This document shows, piece by piece, positions 37,440-46,068 of a stretch of DNA of 64,000 nt (positions are counted from its first letter, which is position 1; every line of letters begins with the position of its first letter). A model generated the notes under the pieces. It made no database searches and was not told the DNA's origin. It saw only the letters and a program-made list of their open reading frames with translations. The stretch lies in contig JBOGKE010000078.1 in the NCBI GenBank assembly GCA_050745265.1, forward strand, positions 36,841 through 100,840, in the 5' to 3' direction. The stretch comes from Terriglobia bacterium. GTDB lineage: Bacteria > Acidobacteriota > Terriglobia > UBA7540. The position numbers were made by a program, and so were the translations under genes.

Positions 37440-37922
37440 ATGGATGTCGAGAATCACCAGCTCGCGTGGGACCTGCTGAAGGAAGCCTACCAATACCAGA
37501 TGGGCGGCGAATATGAGGTGGCTGTGGAGTTGTACAAGCGGTCGCTTGACCTCCACCCCACCGCCGAGGCGTATACGTTTCTCGGATGGACTTACCACTT
37601 CCAGGGTAAAGACGACGAAGCGATTGAAGAATGTAAGAAGGCCATTCAGATCGATCCCGAATTTGGAAACCCCTATAACGACATTGGATCTTACCTGATC
37701 GAGCGCGGGAAGTACGATGAAGCGTTGCCGTGGCTCGAACGAGCGCTCCAGTCGCGCCGCTACGATGCATACCATTATCCCCACTACAACCTCGGCCGCG
37801 CCTTCGTCGCCAAAGAAATGTACGGCCAGGCGCGGCGGCACTTCGAGGCCGCGGTTCGGGCATGCCCTGATTACCGGCCCGCGCACCAGGCGCTCGACAA
37901 AATCCGCAGGAGGATCCAGTAG
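37440..37922 (+). CDS. Small TPR protein
   Basis: AEAYTFLGW, GNPYNDIG, HYNLGRA repeats. Confidence 0.9.
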   Translation: MDVENHQLAWDLLKEAYQYQMGGEYEVAVELYKRSLDLHPTAEAYTFLGWTYHFQGKDDEAIEECKKAIQIDPEFGNPYNDIGSYLIERGKYDEALPWLERALQSRRYDAYHYPHYNLGRAFVAKEMYGQARRHFEAAVRACPDYRPAHQALDKIRRRIQ

Positions 37923-38215
37923 TTTGCCGCTCAAAAATATCTGCCTCATCCGTCTCGCGCGCCTCAGCCCCCTGTGCGGCTGAGGGTACAATAGCTTCTG
38001 CTTCCGATGCGGGAGTGTGCGCGGGAAATTCGCGCCGAATATAAAAAGTCGCGGAACGAAGCCTATTCGTCGTTTAGAATCATCAACATTAGCGATCTCT
38101 AATGCCGCCCAGACCCGGCCAAGCTCTCACCCGGTGCGCGTGCGGCGCAGACGGGGCGCGCGAGGGATTGTCTTGGTCGTCTCGTCTGTCTCCACGCTCT
38201 CCTACTTTCGGCCGC

Positions 38216-38268
38216 GTAGAGGCGGCTTTACGCCGCCATTTTGCGCGGCGGGGTCAACCGGCCGCCAC
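38216..38268. repeat. GTAG REP doublet (approximate inverse of 35453-35505)
   Basis: GTAGAGGCGGCTTTACGCCGCC...GGCGGGGTCAACCGGCCGCCAC. Confidence 0.75.
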
Positions 38269-38354
38269 GAACGCCGCCGAAACTCAGGCATGAGCGGTTA
38301 ATTCGCGGCAGGATTCCCATTCCTCGGCTAAAATGGCGTGAGGAGCTTAATCCG

Positions 38355-39383
38355 ATGAAACAGCCCCAGAGCCGCCCCAACGCCGCCCCTCCGGTCGCGT
38401 CCTCCGAGATGGACATCCTCTGGATCACCGCCGGATTGGGCTGCGACGGGGACACCATCTCGATGACGGCGGCCACTCAGCCGAGCATCGAGGACATTCT
38501 GTCGGGCGCGATGCCCTGGATTCCCAAAGTCCGTCTTCATAACCCTGTGCTTGCCTACGAGGTGGGCGACGACTTCATGAAATCGTTTCACCTGGCCGCA
38601 GAGGGGAAACTCGCTCCGTTCATCCTGGTGGTCGAAGGATCGATTCCCAACGAGAAGAACAAGAAGGAGGGTTACTGGGCAGGGTTCGGTACGCACCCGG
38701 TGACCGGGCAGCCCATTACCACCTGCGAGTGGATCGACCGGCTTGCTCCGAACGCATGGGCCGTGCTCGCGGCGGGAACATGCGCGGCTTACGGCGGAAT
38801 CCATGCGATGGCGGGAAATCCGACGGCTTGCATGGGATTGCCGGACTACCTCGGCTGGCAGTGGAGATCGCAGGCAGACATTCCGATCGTGTGCGTGCCG
38901 GGTTGTCCGGTCGAGCCTGATAATTTCACCGAGACGCTGCTCTATCTGCTCCACATGGCTTCGGGGCGCGCGCCTGCAATCCCGCTCGACGAGGCTCTTC
39001 GTCCTACTTGGCTTTTCGGCGAGACCGTGCACGAGGGATGCGATCGGGGCGGCTACTACGAGCAAGGCGAGTTCGCCGAAGCTTATGGTGACCGGCGGTG
39101 TATTGTGAAGCTCGGCTGTTGGGGTCCAGTGGTTCAGTGCAACGTAGGCAAGCGCGGCTGGATGGCTGGGATTGGCGGCTGCCCGAATGTGGGAGGAATC
39201 TGCATCGGCTGCACGATGCCAGGGTTTCCGGACAAGTTCATGCCCTTTATGGACCAGCCGCCCGGCTCGCTGCTCTCTTCTCACGCGGTCTCGACCTACG
39301 GGAGGGCAATTCGGGCTTTGCGCAGGTTCACCCAAAGCTCTCTCAACGAGGAACCCGCGTGGCGGCGGCCGGAGCCGCAATAG
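38355..39383 (+). CDS. hhyS: NiFe hydrogenase small subunit, group 1h (HhyS)-like
   Basis: ILWITAGLGCDGDT, GTCAAYGG, VPGCP, HEGCDR, KLGCWGP, GCPNVGGICIGC; no Tat leader; AGGAG SD before ATG 38355. Confidence 0.85.
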   Translation: MKQPQSRPNAAPPVASSEMDILWITAGLGCDGDTISMTAATQPSIEDILSGAMPWIPKVRLHNPVLAYEVGDDFMKSFHLAAEGKLAPFILVVEGSIPNEKNKKEGYWAGFGTHPVTGQPITTCEWIDRLAPNAWAVLAAGTCAAYGGIHAMAGNPTACMGLPDYLGWQWRSQADIPIVCVPGCPVEPDNFTETLLYLLHMASGRAPAIPLDEALRPTWLFGETVHEGCDRGGYYEQGEFAEAYGDRRCIVKLGCWGPVVQCNVGKRGWMAGIGGCPNVGGICIGCTMPGFPDKFMPFMDQPPGSLLSSHAVSTYGRAIRALRRFTQSSLNEEPAWRRPEPQ

Positions 39384-39423
39384 TAAGATAAACGGCAGAA
39401 CGCGTCGCGCCGGTCGGGAACGC

Positions 39424-39666
39424 TAGTACTCAGTTGTGTCAGTTAGCGTACGTATGATCGGGCTCCTCACGCGCATTCTTGCTTGTCGATTCGGTTGCCT
39501 CGTATCAGGGCACGACTTCAGTCGTGCCGCACGCAAGCGTGTGAACGGCTGGGCTTTAGCCCTGTCAGCGGCTAAAGCCGGTCTCCTTAACGGAATTATT
39601 TTGGCACGACTAAAGTCGTGCCCTGATACAAATCAAAGGCACGCTGATTAAAGCAACGAAGTACTA
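39424..39666. mobile_element. TIR-bounded element containing an inverted GGCACGAC REP pair
   Basis: Outer TAGTACTCAGTTG / CAACGAAGTACTA (11/13 inverted match); inner GTATCAGGGCACGACTTCAGTCGTGCCG (39502-29) and GGCACGACTAAAGTCGTGCCCTGATAC (39603-29). Confidence 0.75.
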
Positions 39667-39671
39667 AGTTT

Positions 39672-39809
39672 TCACCCCTTCTTGTGCTTGAAATATTCAA
39701 CCTGCTGCAAACGCTTCTTGGCTGCTTCCTTCGTTTTGTAGGGTCCGCCCAAGTTCTTGCCGGTTTTTTCCGAAAGCACTTTATACCCGCCCTTAACTTT
39801 TTTGATCAT
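39672..39809 (-). CDS. Lys-rich 45-aa microprotein (absent from ORF track)
   Basis: MIKKVKGGYKVLSEKTGKNLGGPYKTKEAAKKRLQQVEYFKHKKG; GAGGT SD; AT-rich codons in GC-rich DNA; starts 42 nt after the SDR stop. Confidence 0.8.
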   Translation of the reverse strand: MIKKVKGGYKVLSEKTGKNLGGPYKTKEAAKKRLQQVEYFKHKKG

Positions 39810-39851
39810 GTGGCCTGCACCTCATCCTGTCGTAGTTTCCCTCCGCGAATT

Positions 39852-40841
39852 TCAGCGCCGCTTACAAAACACAGCGCAGCACGCCGCTCCTGCAAGCGCG
39901 GCGCCGGCAATCCACTTCCGGTGCGAGGTTCCCCAGAACTGGACGCTCGACGGGCGCGCGGAGTCGCCGAAAATGCCGTGCGCGCCGTGATCGCCTGCCA
40001 CAGGTTCGAACAGATTGGCAGGGCGGTCCGCGCGGACGGCCTGATCCGTCTGCTGCGCATCGTAGCCCATCTCGGCCAAACGCCGGTCGAGAAGACCGGG
40101 AAACAGTTTATTGCCCACAATCGCTTCCACCGTGGATTTTCCAACGTAGACTTCGCGCCGCCGGTGGTGGGCCGCCCAGACGATGGCCTGCGCCGCCACC
40201 TCCGGCTGATAGATTGGCGGAACCGGCTGCGGGTGGCGTGGCAACTTCGTCTTGCACCAGCCGAACTGGGGAGTATTGAGCGCGGGCATCTGGACCATTG
40301 TCAAATGAATTCCGCTCTTTTCGTGCAGCAACTCGCAGCGAACCGAATCCGTGAATCCGCGAATTGCATGCTTCGCGCCGCAGTAAGGCGCCTGCAGCGG
40401 AATGGATCGATAGGCGAGCGCGGAGCCGACTTGGACGACACAGCCGCGGTTGCGGGGTCGCATGCGCTTGAGCGCAGCCATGGTGCCGAACACCGCACCC
40501 AGGTACGTGACCTCCGTGGCGCGCCGGAACTCGTCGGCCGTAATTTCGTGAAAGGGTGAAAACACCGTCGTCATGGCGTTGTTCACCCAGATGTCGATGG
40601 GGCCGAACTGTTTCTCAACCTCCGCTGCGGCCCTTTCCACTTCCTCGGGGCGGGCGACGTCGGTGGGGAGCGGCAGCGCCGATCCGCCGGCCGCCTCAAC
40701 GTCCATCCGCGCGCCTTCGAGTCCATCGCGCCCGCGGGCAAGCAGGCCGATCCGGGCGCCGCTGCGCGCAAACGCCTGGGCGGTGGCGCGCCCCACGCCC
40801 GCTGACGCGCCGGTGATCACAACCACTTCTGCTTGTTTCAA
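39852..40841 (-). CDS. SDR family oxidoreductase
   Basis: TGASAGVG, VNNA, YCGAK (YxxxK). Confidence 0.95.
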   Translation of the reverse strand: MKQAEVVVITGASAGVGRATAQAFARSGARIGLLARGRDGLEGARMDVEAAGGSALPLPTDVARPEEVERAAAEVEKQFGPIDIWVNNAMTTVFSPFHEITADEFRRATEVTYLGAVFGTMAALKRMRPRNRGCVVQVGSALAYRSIPLQAPYCGAKHAIRGFTDSVRCELLHEKSGIHLTMVQMPALNTPQFGWCKTKLPRHPQPVPPIYQPEVAAQAIVWAAHHRRREVYVGKSTVEAIVGNKLFPGLLDRRLAEMGYDAQQTDQAVRADRPANLFEPVAGDHGAHGIFGDSARPSSVQFWGTSHRKWIAGAALAGAACCAVFCKRR

Positions 40842-40868
40842 CGCAGTAATACTCTCTCTCCGGGACGG

Positions 40869-41300
40869 CTAGAGTTGAATCAGCGCCAGCCCGGCGGATT
40901 GATCGAATACGCGGCGCAGGTGTTCCGGCGACTCCTTCACCAACAATTCGAGCGTCGGCCGCACGATGCCCTTGATCAGGTGCCCGCCCAGCGCCGCGCC
41001 GTCTGAAGTTCCGACGATCACGTGCGCGTGGACCTTCGGCTCACCATTTTCAAGAGCGATGTCGCCCGATAGCGAGAGCACTTCCACCTGCTTGCTCACC
41101 GGAATTTTCTTGTAGTCTTTTTTTTCAAGATCGAAGTAGCCAAGCACCGCTTCGGCGAATCCGCCGATGCCTGTGATCTGGCAGGCGCCGAGTTTCTGCT
41201 CTTTGGCGAACTCGAGAAGTCCCGAGGACACTTCATCGCCCTCGTCGAAAATGAGCGCGTAGGTCTTCTCCGGTCCGGGATTAAGCAATTTGGATTTCAC
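40869..41300 (-). CDS. DUF296/PPC domain protein
   Basis: GIGG, EVLSLSGDI, HAH, GGHL, PTLE; GTG 41300 overlaps the upstream TGA. Confidence 0.9.
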   Translation of the reverse strand: MKSKLLNPGPEKTYALIFDEGDEVSSGLLEFAKEQKLGACQITGIGGFAEAVLGYFDLEKKDYKKIPVSKQVEVLSLSGDIALENGEPKVHAHVIVGTSDGAALGGHLIKGIVRPTLELLVKESPEHLRRVFDQSAGLALIQL

Positions 41301-44300
41301 GATCGCCTCCTCGTCAGAGCCCAGATGAGCGCCCCGGCGCCCAGTGCTGCGCCACCCGCCAGAAGCGCCACCTCCGCAGGACTGCACGTTTCGCGCTCAT
41401 CTTCAGAGGCTGATTCGGCGTGATCGTCCTCGGGGTGCAGTCCCATTTGAATCACCTGCGCGAGATGAAGCGCCTTGCGATCCGTGGTTTGCGAGATCTG
41501 TTCGCGGCAACTGAAGCCGTTCGCGATGATCAAGGTTTCAGGATCGGCCTGCCGCACGGCCGGAAGCAGCGCGCGTTCTCCAACCTTCATTGAAATATCG
41601 TAGTGCTCTTTCTCAAAACCAAAGCCGCCTGCCATGCCGCAGCAGCCGGAGTCCAGCAGCTTGTAATCGAGTCCAATCTTCTTGAGGATGGCTTCTTCCG
41701 CGTCCATTTTCATCACCGCTTTATGGTGGCAATGGCCATGGACGAGCGCCTTGCGCCCAAGGCGGGGCGGTTGATAATTCTCGGCGTGTTTCTCGAGGAA
41801 TTCGCTGAGGAGGAATGTCTGCTTCGACAGGCGCTGGGCGTCCTCGTCCCTGGGAAACAGGTTCATGAGCTCATCGCGAAAGACGGCCGCGCAGCTCGGC
41901 TCGAGAACGACAATGGGAACGCCTTCGCGAATCGGCTTTCGCAGCGTGTCGATGTTGCGCTCAATCAGGCGCTGAGCGCCATCTAGCAAGCCGTAGTCGT
42001 AGAGCGGACGCCCGCAACAAAGCGCCTGACGAGGCACGCGGACGCGGAAGCCCGCCGACTCTAGCACCTCGACAGCAGCTTCCGCCGTGCGCGGATGAAA
42101 ATAGTTGTTGAACGTGTCAGCCCAGAGGATGACCTGCGGCTTCCCATCATCGCGCACCGTGTATCCGTTTCCATTGCGCGAGCCCCGATGCTTCTCGAAC
42201 CAGGTCCGAAACGGCTCGCTCGCGAAGGGCGGCATTTTACGGTGCTGCGAGATGCCGGCGGCAAACTTTGCGAGGGAGCCGAGAACAGGCGCTTCAGCGA
42301 AGAAGTTGGCGAGGCGAGGCGCGTGCTGGGCGAGTTCGGCCCAGCGGTGGATATAGCCGATCGCGTAGGCGTGACGCGGGCGCAGCCGCCCCGCGTAATA
42401 ATGGGACAAGAACTCAGCCTTGTAAGTGGCCATGTCCACGTTCACCGGGCAATCGCCTTTGCAGCCCTTGCAGGAGAGGCAAAGGTCGAGCGCCTCGTGA
42501 ACAGATTCTTCCTGCCATCCGCCGTGAATCACTTCGCCCCGCAGCATCTCGAACAGCAGGCGGGACCTGCCGCGCGTGGAATGCTGCTCTTCGTGCGTCA
42601 CCATGTAGCTCGGGCACATCGTGCCGCCGCCTTCGCGCCGGCAGTTTCCGATCCCCACGCAGCGCAGCGCAGCCCGCGAGACGTTCCACGAATCGTCGGG
42701 GAACTTGAAATAGGTCTCGGGATGCCGAGGCTGATAGTCTTCACCGAGCCGCAGGTTTTCGTCCCGGCGGTATGGGTCAACGATCTTGCCCGGGTTCATT
42801 TTCCATTCCGGGTCCCAGAGGCGCTTGAATTCGCGGAAGGCGTTGACCAGCTCGTCGCCAAACATGATCCGCAGGAGCTCGCCGCGCGACTGGCCGTCGC
42901 CGTGTTCGCCGGAAAGCGAGCCCCCGAAGCGGACCACCAGCTCGGCGGCTTCCTGAGTGAACGCACGATACTTTTCGATCCCGGGGCGGCTCTCGAGATC
43001 GAAATCGATCCGCGTGTGGACGCAGCCCTGGCCAAAATGGCCGTACAGATCGCAGCCGTACTGGTACTTGTCGAGGAGCTTCCGGAAACTGCGCAGATAG
43101 TCGCCAAGCTTCTCCGGCGGCACGGCGGAATCCTCCCAGCCTTCCCAGGTGTCTGGAGCGGCAGGAACCCACGCCGTCGAGCCCAGCCCCGATTCGCGAA
43201 GCTCCTTGAGCCGCTCTTCCTCCTTCTTATCGTCGTAGAGCCTCATCTCCGGCGGATTGCTGAGCTTCTTCAGCCCGTCCATCGCCTTGCGGGCGTGCGC
43301 GTGCGACTCCTCGCGCGTCTTGCCCCCGAACTCCACCACCAGCCACCCTTGTCCTTTCGGCAGCAACTGGAGGTCATTCGTCGCCTTGTGCTTTTTCTTG
43401 ATGTCGTCAATGAGGCGATCATCGAGTCCCTCGAGGCCGACGGGGCCGTAGGCGAGGACCTCGGTCACGTGATCTCCGGCGCTGTAGACGTCGGGATAAC
43501 CAAGGACCAGGAGGGAACGCGCAGGCGGGCTATCCATCAGGCGCGCCGTCGCTTCGAGCACCACAACGCAAGTGCCTTCGCTTCCCACCAGCGCCTGCGC
43601 AACATGAAATCCCTTTTCCGGCAGCAAGGAGTCCAGGTTGTACCCGGACACGCGCCGCGGAATGTTGGGGAATCGTTGGCGAATCAGGCCGGCATACCGA
43701 TCCCGCAGCGCTTTAAGCCCGCCATAGATCTCTCCGCGCCGGCCGCCCGCGCGGATGATGCTCTCCAGCTCCTGTTCGCTGGTTGCGCCGGCTTCGAATT
43801 CCAAACCGTCGTAGGTGAGAATCCGCATGCTCTCGATGTTGTCTACGGTCTTGCCGCCCATCACGGAATGGACCCCGCAGGAGTTGTTGCCGATCATCCC
43901 TCCGAGCGTGCAGTGCGTGTGAGTCGAAGGATCGGGAGCAAACGTCAGGTGATGTTTTTCGGCGGCGTCGCGCAGATCGTCGAGCACCACACCCGGCTCG
44001 ACGCGAGCGCACTTGCTCGCCGGATCAAGACTGAGGATGCCGCGCAGGTACTTCGAGACGTCAATAATCACAGCGACGTTGCAAGTTTGCCCGGCGAGGC
44101 TGGTGCCGCCTCCCCGCGTCAGGATGGGCGCTCCAAATTGGCGGCAGATGGCAACCGTCTCACGAAGATCCTGAGTGGTTCGCGGGATGACGACGCCGAT
44201 GGGCGTCTGCCGGTAGTTGCCGGCCGCGGTCGCATAAAGCGCGCGGCTTCCCGGATCGAAACGGATTTCGCCGCGAATCGCGGCGCGCAGTTTCGATTCG

Positions 44301-44365
44301 AGCCCTTGCTCATCGATCTCGGTGGCTCGGGTTTCGCCACCTTCGACCTTGGAAATAATCCGCAT
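41297..44365 (-). CDS. FAD-linked oxidase / Fe-S (GlcD-GlcF-like fusion)
   Basis: RGGGTSLAGQ, GSEGT, SGEHGDG, CVGIGNC and CLSCKGCKGDCP clusters, two CCG domains, C-terminal TM. Confidence 0.93.
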   Translation of the reverse strand: MRIISKVEGGETRATEIDEQGLESKLRAAIRGEIRFDPGSRALYATAAGNYRQTPIGVVIPRTTQDLRETVAICRQFGAPILTRGGGTSLAGQTCNVAVIIDVSKYLRGILSLDPASKCARVEPGVVLDDLRDAAEKHHLTFAPDPSTHTHCTLGGMIGNNSCGVHSVMGGKTVDNIESMRILTYDGLEFEAGATSEQELESIIRAGGRRGEIYGGLKALRDRYAGLIRQRFPNIPRRVSGYNLDSLLPEKGFHVAQALVGSEGTCVVVLEATARLMDSPPARSLLVLGYPDVYSAGDHVTEVLAYGPVGLEGLDDRLIDDIKKKHKATNDLQLLPKGQGWLVVEFGGKTREESHAHARKAMDGLKKLSNPPEMRLYDDKKEEERLKELRESGLGSTAWVPAAPDTWEGWEDSAVPPEKLGDYLRSFRKLLDKYQYGCDLYGHFGQGCVHTRIDFDLESRPGIEKYRAFTQEAAELVVRFGGSLSGEHGDGQSRGELLRIMFGDELVNAFREFKRLWDPEWKMNPGKIVDPYRRDENLRLGEDYQPRHPETYFKFPDDSWNVSRAALRCVGIGNCRREGGGTMCPSYMVTHEEQHSTRGRSRLLFEMLRGEVIHGGWQEESVHEALDLCLSCKGCKGDCPVNVDMATYKAEFLSHYYAGRLRPRHAYAIGYIHRWAELAQHAPRLANFFAEAPVLGSLAKFAAGISQHRKMPPFASEPFRTWFEKHRGSRNGNGYTVRDDGKPQVILWADTFNNYFHPRTAEAAVEVLESAGFRVRVPRQALCCGRPLYDYGLLDGAQRLIERNIDTLRKPIREGVPIVVLEPSCAAVFRDELMNLFPRDEDAQRLSKQTFLLSEFLEKHAENYQPPRLGRKALVHGHCHHKAVMKMDAEEAILKKIGLDYKLLDSGCCGMAGGFGFEKEHYDISMKVGERALLPAVRQADPETLIIANGFSCREQISQTTDRKALHLAQVIQMGLHPEDDHAESASEDERETCSPAEVALLAGGAALGAGALIWALTRRRS

Positions 44366-44400
44366 CGAATCCGTCCTAACGTTGGGCTAGCGCAGCTTGC

Positions 44401-44805
44401 CAGGCACGACTTGAGTCGCGCCGTTGTGGGCCGCGGATTGTTTCGGCCTTACAGGCCGCGGAAAAAAGAGTTGCGAACTGTTATTCTGAGGAGCCGCAGG
44501 CGACGAAGAATCTCTGTATTTATTTGATTCTCAAATACACAGATTCTTCGCTTCGCTCCGTCGAAGATCACCGGGACCAGTCATTCCCGCGAAAGCGGGA
44601 ATGCAGACCCTGGACCCCCGCTTTCGCGGGGGTGACGATCGCGTTGATTTTGATTCCAATAGGTGGGCCGCAGGCCCATGTGGCACTCAGAATGACAGCT
44701 CGCGGTGCTTTTTCCCGCAGTCTGTTTAACCCCTGAGGGCCTCAGCGGCTAAAGCCGGATACGCCATCGCCTACAGCTGGCACGACTCAAGTCGAGCCCT
44801 GCTAC
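44401..44805. mobile_element. GGCACGAC REP element split by a 273-bp TIR MITE that carries a 127-bp ATTCCCGC insert
   Basis: TIRs CAGGCCGCGGAAAAAA (44452) / TTTTTCCCGCAGTCTG (44724); flanks CTTA/TTTA; CTC at 44556-58 and 44686-88. Confidence 0.8.
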
Positions 44806-44836
44806 CTCGCCCTTTCCGTGGAACTTCCTTCGTAAA

Positions 44837-45952
44837 TCAGCTCACCGCGTAGCGTTTTGCATCCTTGCGGCGAAGCTCCAGGCCGAAGCCCGGCCGCGTC
44901 AGGTCCGGGTGGAGAACGCCGTGCTCGGGGGCAGCGACACCGTCAAAGAGCATCTTCTCGATGCGGACGTGGTCGTGGAAATACTCAAGGTGCCGCACCG
45001 AGCGCACCGCGCAGCCGAGCGCCAGGTGCAAGGCTGGCGCCGTGTGGGCCGACAGAGGCACCGAGTACGCGTCGCACAGCGCGCCCACGCTGAGGAAGCC
45101 CGTGATTCCGGCGCACCGCGTCGCATCGGCCTGCAGAACATCGACCGCGCCCGCTTGCAGCATGCGCTGGAAATACGGCAGATCGTAGCCATATTCGCCT
45201 GCTGCCACCTCGATCTCCGGGGCCGTGTGCTGCCGGATGAAGCGCAGCCCCGCGAGGTCATCGGAGCTCACCGGCTCTTCAAACCAGCGAACGTCAAACT
45301 GCCGGAATGCGCGCGCCATAGCCAGTGACTGCTTGCGCCCGTAGCCTCCATTGGCATCGACGAATAGTTCGGTGTTCTCTCCAATCGCTTCGCGGGCCGC
45401 CCGCACGCGGTCGGGGTCCAATTCCGGTTGCCGGCCCACCTTCATCTTCACGCGGGGAATGCCGTCCGCCACCCATCCTGAAAATTGCGCCTGAAGTTGC
45501 TGGTTCGAATACGACGTAAAGCCGCCGCTTCCGTAAACGGGCACGCCCTCGCGAACCATTCCGAGGAGCTTCGCCAGAGGCAGCCCGAGCAGTCGGGCTT
45601 TTAAATCCCACAGCGCGGAATCCACCGCGGCGATCGCCATCGATGAAATGCCGGGCCGGCCCAGGTTACGAATTGCGCGAACCATTGCGGACCAGGAAGC
45701 CGCCACATCGAGGGCGTCACCTCCCTGAACCGCGCCCGCGAGAAGTTGCGTGATCAAGTGCTTGACGGCCACGTCGCCGTACGTGTAGCCTAACCCGCGC
45801 TCGCCGCCCGCCGAAGCCTCGACGACAACCAGCGTGGTCTTGTCCCACTCGAGGGTACCGTCCGACTCGGGAGAGTCTGTGGGCACCGTGTAAGCATAGG
45901 CCTCCACCTCTTCGATCGGTACGGGATGCTCGGTCAGGGGAAGGGCGGCCAC
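44837..45952 (-). CDS. Mandelate racemase/muconate lactonizing (enolase superfamily) enzyme
   Basis: ALWDLKAR, KMKVG, VDANG, WFEEP, AGEYG, LSAH. Confidence 0.92.
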   Translation of the reverse strand: MAALPLTEHPVPIEEVEAYAYTVPTDSPESDGTLEWDKTTLVVVEASAGGERGLGYTYGDVAVKHLITQLLAGAVQGGDALDVAASWSAMVRAIRNLGRPGISSMAIAAVDSALWDLKARLLGLPLAKLLGMVREGVPVYGSGGFTSYSNQQLQAQFSGWVADGIPRVKMKVGRQPELDPDRVRAAREAIGENTELFVDANGGYGRKQSLAMARAFRQFDVRWFEEPVSSDDLAGLRFIRQHTAPEIEVAAGEYGYDLPYFQRMLQAGAVDVLQADATRCAGITGFLSVGALCDAYSVPLSAHTAPALHLALGCAVRSVRHLEYFHDHVRIEKMLFDGVAAPEHGVLHPDLTRPGFGLELRRKDAKRYAVS

Positions 45953-46068
45953 GCAAACGAACTTTCCGGCAGGCCGCAGTCGCGGTGATCGGAGCCCGCG
46001 CTGTCGCAGGAAGGGATCGTCGCGTTTCGGCCGCCAAGCATTCGGCGAACGCAGTTCGATGCTACACC

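Noticed and set aside
42095-44527. Long antisense ORFs (810 aa here; also 17434-19716, 61571-63754, 31520-32320, 39684-40559 and others)
   Set aside because: Shadow frames of well-supported genes in GC-rich DNA, with no domain motifs
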